A DNA stretch of 63,363 nt, the filler included, from Octopus bimaculoides (lineage: Eukaryota), in NCBI RefSeq assembly GCF_001194135.2. It is 7 parts of 6 records of this genome, joined end to end, with 100 filler letters (N's around TTAATTAATTAA, not from the genome) between each part and the next. Parts side by side here need not be neighbours in the genome. Positions count along the whole stretch, not along the records: positions 1 to 28,925 come from NC_068982.1; 6 more parts are not named here. One strand, written 5' to 3'. Position numbers and translations under genes: made by a program. Each line of letters begins with the position of its first letter. Positions within the stretch are counted from its first letter, which is position 1. The notes under the pieces were generated by a model, which did not search any database, was not told where the DNA came from, and saw only the letters and a program-made list of their open reading frames with translations. Shown here in pieces: positions 13,393 through 26,019 of the stretch.

Positions 13393-13765
13393 CTGTTGGT
13401 GGCACTCCATCGCTTACGACGTCGAGGGTTCCAGTTGATCCGATCAACAGAACAGCCTCCTCGTGAAATTAACGTGCAAGTGGCTGAGCACTCCACAGAC
13501 ATGTGTACCCTTAACGTAGTTCTCGGGGATATTCAGCGTGACACAGTGTGACAAGGCTGACCCTTTAAAATACAGGCACAACAGAAACAGGAAGTAAGGG
13601 TGGAAGAGTACAGCAGGGTTCGCCACCATCCCCTGCCGGAGCCACGTGGAGCTTTAGGTGTTTTCGCTCAATAAACACTCACAATGCCCGGTCTGGGAAT
13701 CGAAACCGCGATCCTATGACCGCGAGTCCGCTGCCCTAACCACTGGGCCTTTGCGCCTCCACTTC
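13393..13765 (-). mobile_element. SINE family B, full length with 9-bp TSD
   Basis: tRNA head GTGGAGGCGCAAAGGCCCAGTGGTTAGG...GGTTTCGATTCCC. TSD TCTGTATAT at 13384-13392 and 13766-13774. Confidence 0.9.
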
Positions 13766-14128
13766 TCTGTATATAACAAGAAGTTATTTATCATTGTGGA
13801 TTACTAGGATTACCTGTCGGAATCTGTCTCTTCCCTCTCTATCTTTTATAAAAAGCAGATGCTATTTTTACTCACAAAACAGCCCACCATAGATCATTAC
13901 CAACGCAACACACAAAAATCACTCATCCGTTAAAATACCATTCATTAGGGATATAGCTAGTTGAAATAGATGTATTCTAAATTAGTTTTACTGCTAAACC
14001 CATTTCTCAAAACATTTACCACTTTGAATACTGCCAAAAAGCATGTTCAATCCCTAACTCACCAACATAATCTCAATTAATAACATACCTTCGCACCAAC
14101 AATTACAAAAAATGCAAACACACACACA

Positions 14129-14212
<84 letters not shown>

Positions 14213-14625
14213 CACACCACACCAAAAGCTATAAATACACCCTTAGTACCATGTTGTAACAGTTCTCGCTTGATGATCATTGTGACGTAGAACTCGGGTC
14301 GCGTGACAAAGTTTCAATCTGAATAAAACCATATCCTCTACAACACGTGTAGAGTGGCTCTTTCTCATTCGTCCGACGTAAATCAACTTATGTATACCAC
14401 TCCACACATGTTAAAACTTAATTTTAAACAAGAGCAGTTTTGAAAATGATTCGAAGATTTGTCTCGCGTAGCCTTATAATTAGACTGAGCAGGTCGATAC
14501 TTTGAAGTCACTGTCAACACTATTTTAGTTAAAGCATGATAAATATGCACTCTACAAGAAAGCATTGAGTAATCCTTCAGTTTGATGCAAAATTGTCTTT
14601 ATTATAACACGACATACTGCAGAAA

Positions 14626-14779
14626 GATGGCAGAACTGTTAGCAGGCTCGACAAAATGTTAAGCGTCATTTCGTCTGCCTTTACGTTCTGAGTTCAAATT
14701 CCACCGAGGTCTACTTTGCCTTTCATTTTTTGGGGTCGATAAATTAAGTACCAGTTAAGCACTGGGATGGATGTGATCG

Positions 14780-14826
<47 letters not shown>

Positions 14827-15040
14827 CTTTATGTCTGTGTCATCACCGATTGACAACCGGTGTTGTAGTGTTTACGTCCCCGAAACTTAGCGGTTCGGCA
14901 AAAGAGACCGATAGGATAAGTACAAGACTTGAAAAGAAAATAGTCCTGTGGTCGATTTGTTCAGCTAAAACTTTTCAAGGCATGCCCCAGTATGACCGCT
15001 GTCAAATGACTGAAACAAGTAAAGAATAAAAGATGAAAGA
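14626..15040 (+). mobile_element. SINE family C head joined via (TA)n to SINE family A 3' half
   Basis: GGCAGAACTGTTAGC...GAGTTCAAATTCC head, then the family A tail sequence from 14820. Confidence 0.7.
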
Positions 15041-15702
15041 TATACTTATAGAATAATGAATCCCCACAAATTTGTGAAAATGTATATTTTTGATAATTGG
15101 GTATAATTTGTTAACGTTAGGTTAACCGGGTTAAGTCCCTATTTAAATACAAATAATAAAATACTAACAAATGCAAGAAAAAAAAACTCACAAAAACAAC
15201 CAAAAAATATCCAAAAGTTTGAGTAACTCTTTCAGACCGTGTGGGCCTAAACCGTAATTTATTTAGCTTACACCTAAATCTGGCTCCACCAAAAACATAA
15301 ACCAGACAATGAAATATTGATAGAAATGTATTTTCGCCTACCAGAACGTCGATTATTCGCTCTCATCTAGTTATTGAAACTACGGGGAAAAAATAAAAAA
15401 CAATAATACAATGGTGTTTCTTACTATTGGTTTCGAAGAAAAAGCCGTGATAACCAATGTATGCTGACAAAACATTTGTCAGTTATACAGCACATCTAAG
15501 ACTGGAGGCAATAAGCTCTGCCAATACTTATAAATACACGTACTTATATTTAGATTGACTGGGTCGTTAAGTATCAAGAATTTTTGAGAAGGACAATGTA
15601 CATCACATTAACAGCTTTCACAATTATAGGCTGATAAGCGTATGGATAAAAGAAAGAGAGAGAGAGGGAGAAAGAGCGGGGAGTGAGAGCGGGGAGAGAG
15701 AG

Positions 15703-15754
<52 letters not shown>

Positions 15755-15804
15755 NNNNNNNNNNNNNNNNNNNNNNNNNNNNNNNNNNNNNCGGGGAGAG
15801 AGAG

Positions 15805-15868
<64 letters not shown>

Positions 15869-15940
15869 GGGGTGGGTGAGAGGCTGTAATGAATAAAAGT
15901 GAGAGAAATAGTATGTGTAGCCTTGATTAGACGTGATCAA

Positions 15941-16312
15941 TGTGGAGGCGCAATGGCCCAGTGGTTAGGGCAGTGGACTCGCGGTCATAGGATCGCGGTT
16001 TCGATTCCTAGACCGGGCGTTGTGAGTGTTTATTGAGCGTAAACACCTAAAAGCTACACAAGGCTCCGGCAGGGGATGGTGGCAAACCCTGCTGTACTCT
16101 TTCACCACAACTTTCTCTCACTCTTTCTTCCTGTTTCTGTTGTGCCTGTAATTCAAAGGGTCAGCCTTGTCACACTGTGTCACGCTGAATATCCCCGAGA
16201 ACTACGTTAAGGGTACACGTGTCTGTGGAGTGCTCAGCCACTTGCACGTTAATTTCACGATCGGATCAACAGGAACCCTCGACGTCTTAAGCGACGGAGT
16301 GCCAACACACAC
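15941..16312 (+). mobile_element. SINE family B, full length with 12-bp TSD (1 mismatch)
   Basis: TSD AGACGTGATCAA 15929-15940 / AGACTTGATCAA 16313-16324; A/B boxes in the head. Confidence 0.9.
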
Positions 16313-17333
16313 AGACTTGATCAAGCAAACCTTGATAATCCTGTCTTTTTGCATATTCAGGGTTATTTCAGTTTACTGCCATTTTGCTCTTAAGACGGTC
16401 ATACGAGGACGATTCGGATGCTCCTCCTAACAGCTCGAGCAGCTGCACTGAGACTTCACTAGTTGGACCGTGTGTGCATATATATTTGCTTGCGCATTGC
16501 ACTTATGTGTGTATATGTGAGTATGTGTGTGTGTNNNNNNNNNNTGTGTGCGTGTGTGTATGTGTGTGTGTATGTGTGTGTGTGTGTATGTGTGTGTGTG
16601 TTGCATCAAGTACGTCTGTCAACTGAGTTGCTTGTGCCATATTTCATTTAATGCGAATAGATTTGACAGACAGTTGTATGTTGCTGGGTATATCTTGATG
16701 TACTACAGATATGAATGAAACGATAGGTTTCCTTGACGAACTGAATATCTGCTTATTAATGACTTACATTATACATACATACATGCATGCATACATACAT
16801 ACATAGATACATAGATACATACATACAAACATACATACATGCATACATACATAATATGATGGAAGCTCAATGACGAATATTGCTTATTAATGAGCTGCAA
16901 AGCAAAGAAGAGATTTTATCCCGGATAATGATGTGCGTCTTTTACTACAGTTCTTTTCAGTTAAATGTCTCTTCGTAATTTAATGCAATGCATAATCATG
17001 ACATTTGGTATTGCGTACAAATGTATCTGTTCAGACAACCAATAGCATACATACAAGCATGCATTTATACAAACGTTTTGAAAAAAAAAAAAAGAATATA
17101 CTTTTAAAATTCAAGAATTGGAAATAACGATAAAATACTTAGTACATAAAAAGAAAATGGATGAAGGTAAACACCGATGTGACAACTAATGCATGCTCTG
17201 TGGAATTAACACCAAAGATGTGACCCACACCACATGCAGCTTTCCGAAAATGGCATTATGATACTATCTGCCTAGGAGGCTTAATGCCGAGGCTCAAACA
17301 CTATATTTACAATTCGTAAAAAGGATAGTTAGT

Positions 17334-17719
17334 TGCTGTTGTTGTTGGCACTCCGTCGCTTACGACGTCGAGGGTTCCAGTTGATCTGATCAACGGAACA
17401 GCCTGCTCGTGAAATTAACGTGCAAGTGGCTGAGCACTCCACAGACACGTGTACCCTTAACGTAGTTCTCGGGGATATTCAGCGTGACAAGGCTGACCCT
17501 TTCAATTACAGGCACAACAGAAAGAAAGAAAGAAGTAAGAGTGAGAGAAAATTGTGGTGAAAGAGTACAGCAGGGTTCCCGCCATCCCCTGCCGGAGCCT
17601 CGTGGAGCTTTAGGCGTTTTCGCTCAATAAACACTCACAACGCCCGGTCTGGGAATCGAAACCGCGATCCTATGACCGCGAGTCCGCTGCCCTAACTACT
17701 GGGCCACTGGGCCTCCACA
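17334..17719 (-). mobile_element. SINE family B, full length with 10-bp TSD
   Basis: TSD GATAGTTAGT 17324-17333 / 17720-17729. Confidence 0.9.
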
Positions 17720-18699
17720 GATAGTTAGTAAGATACAAAATATAAGAAGGAATACTGATGTAACGTACCCAGTAAAACCTCTGTAAAATGTAAGCACAGC
17801 GGACTAGACATAATTAATTGTGTTAGAAAGGGAAAGCGTGAGAATAAGTACAGTAGTTAGAACTCAGCTGTTCAGCAATCGTTAACAACGTTAAAAGGAA
17901 AATGACAAGAAAAAGTTATGGCGAATAAATGAGAAAAACGTAGATATAACAGGTGGATCACAACTTGAAATTTCATTTCTGTAATGATTGGTTAAAAACT
18001 GCCTCAGCTTACAATCATGAAAAGCTGGGCTTTTACAAAGCCAGATATGATACGGCTAAGTGGGAAATTACAATTTCAGGTTATTAATTAAATTGTAAAA
18101 GTAAAGCATTCTAGTATTTTAGGCTATAATATGTACGCATACACACTTATAGACGTATGTATATATACGACAAAACAGATTCATATAGTCCATGGCATGC
18201 ACGAATGCACACACAAGTATAGGCGATATTTTGTTTGTTTATTGTTTTAGTCATTGCTATCCAAGTCGCGTTAAAGCACTGATTTTAGAGACTATGTTCT
18301 TTTTGTTGCCACTCCGTATATACACTGGTCTGATGGGGGAAGTTTTTAGTGGCGCATGTGAAACCTCTAGATGTGAATCAACGAGTTGGTTGAGCCTGTT
18401 TTGTTTTTGTTTGTAACATTTTGCAGGTGACTAGAAATAAATGTCGGGAAACCTTGGTTATATTTTGTAATCCTTTTGGAAGTGGTTTTACAACAGGGGA
18501 CTTTTAAATTGCGCACTGCTGCTGTATAGGTTCTTTCCTACGAGAATACGAAGGAAGGGGTATGGTATCTAACAAAACCGTCCCATTCTTTATGAGTTGT
18601 TTCTTTTGAATGCCAAATTTCAGAACAAAACTTTCGAGAATCTTCCACATATATTTTGGAGATATACTTATGCAGCAAGTGACTTGATTTGAGACCGTG

Positions 18700-19794
18700 T
18701 GTTGAAACTGAAGCTACAATACACCATAAACTCCAATACAAACATTTCAGAGTGTTTGGGTGTGAATCTGACAACGGTGCAGAAGATTCGGAAACAGTTG
18801 AATGAGTCTAATGGTAATTTCGAAGGTGCGGCAGATTGGAAAATTCACTCTGATCGATCTAAGAACAGAACTCCTCAATTTGTTAGTGAGATCCTGGCCA
18901 TGATTGACAACGAACCCTCTAAGTCAGTCGGGTCCATCGCCAGGGACATGGCAGTGTCTGAGTTTCTTATCAAGCAGGTGGTGCATGAAGACATTCGGTA
19001 TTCCTCATGCGAGATGAGAAAGGGCCAATTTTTATCACTAGCCATCAAGGACAAGAGGAAAGACCAAGCATCCCCTCCAACCGAACATGCTTTGGTTTTT
19101 CTCAGACGAGAAAAGTTTCTGCCAGGGTCAGATGGTGAACACATGGAACAACCGTTGGCTTGCCGTGTCCCCAAAACATGTACCGAGAATGATAAAAATC
19201 AAACATCTAGTCAGCATCATGGTGTTTGGAGCGATCACTAGTTATGGCGACGTTATGCTTCCCATACGGCCTCAGACTCAACACGGAGGCCTAAATCAAG
19301 TGCCTGGAGGGGGTACAGCTACCCTAGGCCAAGAAGGAGGCTGCTGGAAGACCTTGTGTCTGGCAACGGATTCTGCATCATACTACACAAGCAAGAGAAC
19401 CCAGCCATGGCTGTCAGACAATTTCTGTGACCACACCACCCCTAACATCTGGCCACCTAACTCCCCACACTGCAACCCCCTTGATTATTATGTGTGAGGT
19501 GCAGTTCAGTGAGAGATCAACAAAACTCCTTGTAACATCAAAGTTGAACTGAAGGCAAGGATTATGGCAGCATTCACCAACTTAAACAAGGAAACCATCC
19601 AGAAGAGTTGCGGGACATCCCAAAGTCGTCTTGAGGCCGTGGTTGAAGCCAATGGCGATTTTATTGAATAAATTTACTCTTTAGTATTTGAAGATATTTT
19701 AATGTAATTTTGGTGAATATATCTTAAAATGAGATGTGAGCGTTATTTTCATTTTTGCGTAATTTCGACGACAATTTATTAACTGCACTCTGTA
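18700..19794 (+). mobile_element. Tc1/mariner superfamily, maT (DD37D) transposase pseudogene, 5'-truncated
   Basis: HTH region (NTNISECLGVNLTTVQKIRK), WFFSDEK, and DSA...WPPNSPHCNPLD with 37 residues between the last two Asp. C-terminus RLEAVVEANGDFIE* ends at 19671; right end CACTCTG-TA. Frameshifts and an in-frame TGA at 19495-19497. Confidence 0.85.
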
Positions 19795-19973
19795 TATATA
19801 CATATACGTATGTATATGTATAGAAACATATATGTACATACATATATGTATATATACATATACATATACATATACACATATATGTATATATACATATACA
19901 TACATATATGTATATACATATTCATACACATATGTGAACATACATACATTCAAACATACATACATACAGACAG

Positions 19974-20040
<67 letters not shown>

Positions 20041-20200
20041 TTTAACAGAACAAGGAGCACAGTGAAGTATACATATATATATGTATACATACATTACTTA
20101 TATATATGCATAAATACATCGTGTATGTATGTATATATGTATGTATAGATGGATGGATGGATGTGTGCATGTATGTATGTACATAAGAATGTATGTATGG
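19795..20200. repeat. (TA)n/(TACA)n microsatellite field
   Basis: Directly visible. Confidence 0.95.
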
Positions 20201-20924
20201 TATCCTGATTCTTAATACCTGGGGTAAGTTATACGCTCCTTTTTGCATAGATAAAGTACTGCCCTTTGGCGTAGACCTTTTTTGCAGCCAAAGACTAAGG
20301 GAGACAACACAAAAAGAAACTAGGACACGTGACAATACTGAAATTTAGTGATTGCTCGTTTGTAATTGTCAACGTCTTTTAGCAAGCCACTACAGGCTTC
20401 CCATTCTTGTTGTTGAGGAACAATCGATGCTCTCGAAAAAGTGTTGCTTGTGACTTGCAAAAGTTTTTATCATTTAAATAAATAGAAGAAAAATTCTTTT
20501 AAGCATCCCGTATTGTTATGCACACCTACACAAACCCAGCAGGTAAAACTGCGCTGAATGATCATAATTACCATCAGCAATGATAAATTAATTAGGTATC
20601 TTATTGCTTACAATGGTAGCTCAATGGGATCTTATGACATAAGGAAACTGTGAGATCGCAGACATACCTGAAAGACGTAACGCATTGGTAGCAGATGGAG
20701 TCAGAGAAGTAATGCAATGTTAAAACCTTTCAATTGGTCGCAGGTAATAAGTATGCAGACTACACTAAAACACAAAAATGATGCTACAGATAAAGAAAAA
20801 CGACGGTATACTTGTATGTATGTATGTATGTATGTATGTATGTATGTATGTATGTATGTATGTATGCCCCTCTTTATATATATAGTGAGAATTTACAAGA
20901 AAACAAAAGGCAAAGACGGCTGTG

Positions 20925-22240
20925 TAAACAACAAACAGATGTATTAGTTTAACGCTCGGGAAGTGGAAAAGTCTTTTACGTTTCGAACCTACGCCCTTCG
21001 ACAGAAAGGAACACAGAAATAAACAGAGAGAGAAAATGAAAATGTTTAATGGCTAGCGATCTATCATGGCGAATGCCGGACAGAGGAGTCATACAGGAGC
21101 GTTAGGAAGAAGGGGAGATAATAAAGTAGTAGTGATCTCAAAACGAAGGTGCGCGTGTGTATGTGAGAGCGTGTATGTGCGTGTGGAAGTGGGCTGGTGA
21201 CCTTGACATGTGCGTGTGTGCATGTGTAGGTATGCGGATGATGGTGTCGGTGATGGGAAGTGGTCAGTGCTAGTGTGTCCGCCCGTGTGGGTGCTGGCAA
21301 GTTGGCAGTGCTATTGTGTGTGGGGTGGTGTGATGTGGTGTGGTGTGGTATGGTGGTGTGTGGAGTGGTGGTGTGGGTGGTGAGTGGTGTGGTGTGGTGG
21401 TGTGGTGTGGTGGTGTGGTGTGGTGGTGTGGTGTGGTGGTGTGGTGTGGTGGTGTGGTGTGGTGGTGTGGTGTGATGGTGTGGGTGGTGTGTGTGGTGTG
21501 TGGTGTGGTGGTGTTGGGGTGTGGGGGATGCGAGAGTGGGGGAAGTGTAAAGGATGGGTGGGGTGGGATGTATAGGGATGGTGGGGTTGGAATATGTAGG
21601 GCTGGGGTAACGATGAAGGGAGAGGGTGGAAGGGAGAAGGTGGAAGGGAGAAGGTGGGTAGGACTGAAGAGGGGAAGTAGGTGTCAGAGCAAGAGAGGAG
21701 AGGTGGGTGGGAGGAAGTAAGTGTGAGAGGAAGAGAGGAGTGAGGAGGAGGGTTAGATGAAGAGGGGAGGAAAGTTGAACCCATGTGGCACAAAGGAGCG
21801 AAGTGAGAAGATCAATCCCTGTTCTCGGCGAAGACGGGAGTCCAGATAGCCCCTGTGCAAGGAAATCCCAACACAGACAGGTGTTGTAAAGAATGACCGG
21901 TAGAGCGGAAATGGCGCGAGACCGGGGTGTCGTTGCCGAGTCTGATGTCTTGGAGGTGTTCCGCGAACCGGTCAGCCAAGCGGCGTCCCGTTTGACCGAT
22001 GTATAGAGAAGGACAGAGAGAGCAGGAGATGCAGTAGATGACGTTGCTAGGAGTGCAGGTGAAGGAGTCAGTGATATGATAGGGTCGATGAGGAGGGTGG
22101 TGTTGGAGAGGAAAAAGGCAAGTGCGACAGCGTGGGCGGGAGCAGAGAACGAGCCTGGTTGGGAGGTTGGGTTAGGGAAGAAGCTGTGGACCAAGAGTGC
22201 TCGTAGGTTGTGGGCTCCTTTGAAAGAGGGGTCAGTTAGG
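20925..22240 (-). mobile_element. Penelope-like element 3' half with well-preserved GIY-YIG endonuclease
   Basis: Minus strand CSRPRCRTC linker, then ITDSFTCTPSNVIYCISCSLCPSLYIGQTGRRLADRFAEHLQDIRLGNDTPVSRHF (about 22080-21900). CCA-rich 3' region and a hammerhead-like tail. Confidence 0.9.
20972..21009 (-). ncRNA. Minimal hammerhead-like motif with CUGUCGA core variant
   Basis: CUUU-CUGUCGA-A-GGGC-GUAG-GUUC-GAAA-CG-UA-AAAG. Stem I CUUU/AAAG, palindromic ACGU stem III, GUA cleavage triplet. Confidence 0.6.
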
Positions 22241-22249
22241 AAGATTTGC

Positions 22250-22370
22250 GAAGTATTTGAAAATAATTTTTATTTAATCTTTGTATATATATATATCTAT
22301 TAAAATGAGATGTGAGCGTTATTTTCGTTTTTGCGTAATTTAGACGACAATATATTCACCACACCCTGTA
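22250..22370 (+). mobile_element. Second maT right-end fragment
   Basis: Matches 19680-19794 (TAAAATGAGATGTGAGCGTTATTTTC..TTTTGCGTAATTT); ends CACCCTG-TA. Confidence 0.8.
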
Positions 22371-22374
22371 TATA

Positions 22375-22680
22375 TATCAGGTTGAGTAAAAAGTAAGCAA
22401 CGTTTTGAACCATGAAGCATTTGTACCGGATTTTTGCAGAGTTTTGAACTTTTTTCAACATTTTTTGAAATTATCTGATAGTACTGACATAGACTTGCCC
22501 AAATGCGTCAGTAAATTAATATGGATATCTTTTTCACTGTTGTTGCAATCATCTGAAAAGTAGCTGTCAAGGGCGCAATATTCGAGCAATTTTGCTATTC
22601 AACTTCTAAAAAGGACGTAAACCAGCTGAAACTGCTCACGATATAAACGAAACGTTTAGTGAGGAAATGATCATCATTAG
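22375..22680 (+). mobile_element. Mariner 5' fragment (left TIR plus HTH remnant)
   Basis: TA-TCAGGTTGAGTAAAAAGTAAG TIR-like start; peptide IRAILLFNF*KGRKPAETAHDINETF. Confidence 0.65.
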
Positions 22681-22979
22681 GTGGACCGCACTACTAAAAT
22701 AAACTCAAAGTAATTTTTTTGTAAGACATGCTATTCAAAAATTCTCGCGGGCTGTAAGTTGCCCATGACTAATCTCGGCTGTCACATTTGCAGACGGTGT
22801 AGGTCTTGTATCAGGAAATTAGGTTATGAGGCAGCTTTGCTAATCAGATCAGCTTTGCTAATCTTGGTGCTGTCACAACGAAAATAATATAAAATAACTG
22901 TTTCTAGTTACGGTACAACGCCAGCAATTTAGAGGAGCAGAGTTAGTCTATTAATAGGTCCAATACTACATTTGGATAA

Positions 22980-23195
22980 GGTAACGAGCTTGCAGAATCG
23001 TTAGCAAGCCGGGCAAAATGCTTCGCGGCAAATCGTCCGTCTTCACGTTATGAGTTCAAATTCTGTCGAGGTCGACTTTGCCTTTCATCCTTTCGAGGTT
23101 GATGAAATAAGTACCAGTTGAGTACTGAGGCCGATGTAATCAACTTACCCCTCCCCCGAAATTACTGGCCTTGTGCTAAAATTTGAAACCAATTT
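22980..23195 (+). mobile_element. SINE family C copy
   Basis: GAGCTTGCAGAATCGTTAGC...GAGTTCAAATTC...GGCCTTGTGC; shared with 45027-45235. Confidence 0.8.
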
Positions 23196-23423
23196 TTAGT
23201 TTGGATAGAGCAATCTGCCCTGAGGAGCTATGTAAGAGATTCTGATCGTAAATATCTTCTCACGGAGTTTATCATTCTTGTGACAACATGACCAGAAGAA
23301 TATGTACACCCATAATGCATAAAATATTTTAGTTCAGTATTATAAATAGCAATACATATTAGAACGTTGTCTAAAAGATTTACAACGGAAATTGTGTAAT
23401 CAAACATTATTCATAGTAAAAGA

Positions 23424-23458
<35 letters not shown>

Positions 23459-24199
23459 GTTCCTACGCATACATGCACACATACATATATGAAAGGAAAG
23501 AAATTGATTGATGGTTTTATCCAGAGCTAAGGATATTTCTATTATCAGTTTCTATCTATTAATATATATACACGCATATACACACCCACATGCACTTATA
23601 TAGTACAGACACACGCACGTGCACATAAATACAATCACACACACACACACACACGTCAGTAAGAACATCAAAACGATTTAACAACAGTATAATAATAATA
23701 AACTGTTCGACATACGGATATAAGTTCAGGTGATGAGTGTAAGATCTAGAATTTGCATGCAATAAAACACTACATATAGCGCCTCAAATACTATTGTACA
23801 TGAACTGTACATTGTATGGAGAATGTTCGTGACCAAATATATAATAGTACAACGGAAAAATTACTAAAAATAAAATATTCAGACTAAGGAAAGTTGATGA
23901 AATGAAATGAACAAAGAAATAAAATCACACACACATATACATATTCCTAGATATAATACGGCATATGTAATATATCTATGACTGTATATTTATATATGTA
24001 CATGGGCGTATTTATCTGTGTTTGTTGGATGTGATTTTTCCGAGCTGTATAACCCTATTCACTGTCATCAAGACTAATGTAGTTGCTATAAATATCACGA
24101 CTTATTGTCGAGTATTTATTGGGTACTTTGTCGCATTATGTCTCGGTTTAGATCGGTCGGAATTTGTGTTCAACATACATATATTACGTACATGCATGG

Positions 24200-24303
<104 letters not shown>

Positions 24304-24317
24304 NNNNNNNNNNTCTT

Positions 24318-24378
<61 letters not shown>

Positions 24379-24939
24379 CTCTCTCTTTCTCTCTCTCTCT
24401 TTTTCTCTCTCTCTTTCTCTCTGTCACACACACACATACACATGATGTGTGAAAAATATTTTGTGGGGACAGCGAAGCTCAAAGCAGATAACTCTATAAA
24501 TAAAAGCGTGTAATAATAGGGTTAACAATCTCCTTGAATTGAAAAACACGAAGGCTGCTCTCAGGACCCAAATTTTTATTTTCTGTAAACATTACAGACG
24601 TTCTACTGTTGGAACAGATCAATCATTCGAATTTCTTTATCCATTTTCGAAACTTTATTCTTGCTAGCGAGAATTGTATGTTGCTGAAAGCATAAGCATT
24701 TATAAATTTTGAGGGAACGGGGAATAATGCTTTTGGAACAATGAAATCCGGAAATGTGGGTTCGAGCCCCACAAGCAGCCTTTGATTTCTTATGCAAAGG
24801 GTTTTTAACCTCATATTTAGATGTTATTGTTTATAGCTTCATCTGCTTCGAGTTTCAGCGTCCCAAGAGAAAAAGAATGAACCATTTCACGTTCTCTGAA
24901 AGTTTATAAATGATTATATCAACACACACACACACACTC

Positions 24940-24970
<31 letters not shown>

Positions 24971-25187
24971 GATACACAGACACAGACACACATACACAGA
25001 CACACATACTCAGACACACACACATACACAGACACACACACAGAGACACACACACAGACACACACACACACACACAACATACACACATACACACACACAA
25101 ACACACGAATGCGCGCACACACAAACACACGAATGCGCGCACACACACACACATAGACATATAAACATACACACGCACGCACACATG

Positions 25188-25245
<58 letters not shown>

Positions 25246-26019
25246 AACATTTGTATTGTACAAGTTAAGGTACATGTCGTATAGAAAGTATTTAGAATTC
25301 ACGTATTTAGAATGTCAGAAGAGAAAGCTGTTATCGAGTCGAACTTACTGCTGGTATCCACAATAATAAAATTATAGAATAACACAGAAAAATCAGGACG
25401 AGAAAGTTTATTCTGAGATTATTTTCTTATAGCACCCCTAGATGTAATTCGGTGAAAATTTGTGGGGCCTGACATAATCATTTCCTCTTCACATATCCAG
25501 AGTTAATTTCAGATTCAATTCTGATATGTAAAGATAGAATAATTACCCCAGGCATGGTTAATGTAACCCGGTTATAGAATCTTCACTTAAACATAAAAAT
25601 GTCAGAACCAACTATCTGCAGTATAAATCGTAATTTAAGCGTGTAAATGATGTAACTCAAGAATGCTAGATAACTCGGAATTAAGAAATGCGAAAATAGT
25701 TTTATTTCGTTTGAAACTATTTTCGAAAATAATTTATCATTATTCATAGAATTCTTTAATTCTTAAATGAATTTGAAAAATGATAGAAACGTGTGGAAAC
25801 GGAGTATTCGGAGAAAACCCACACATTCAAATATAGGAACTGCAAAACATTCAGTGACGAATTATATTAAGATTTGCGATGAGCTTCAGTTTACTTATTA
25901 GATATGTACCCATTATAGCCTCGGGAACTCCGAACATTGTGAAGTCAGTATTTGAGGAATCCTAATGCTTTTGGTTGTAGCAAAAATGCATAAATAAAGA
26001 AACTGTGGAAGCTTCTAAC

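Noticed and set aside
5330-17719. SINE heads as true tRNA genes
   Set aside because: A/B boxes are present, but they continue into SINE bodies and lack a full cloverleaf.
21064-22194. 376-aa minus-strand ORF
   Set aside because: Off-frame read of the PLE endonuclease plus the (CCA)n tract. The meaningful GIY-YIG is in another frame.
24745-24780. tRNA T-arm-like GTGGGTTCGAGCCCCAC
   Set aside because: No D-arm or matching 5' half at the proper distance; probably a SINE or tRNA remnant.
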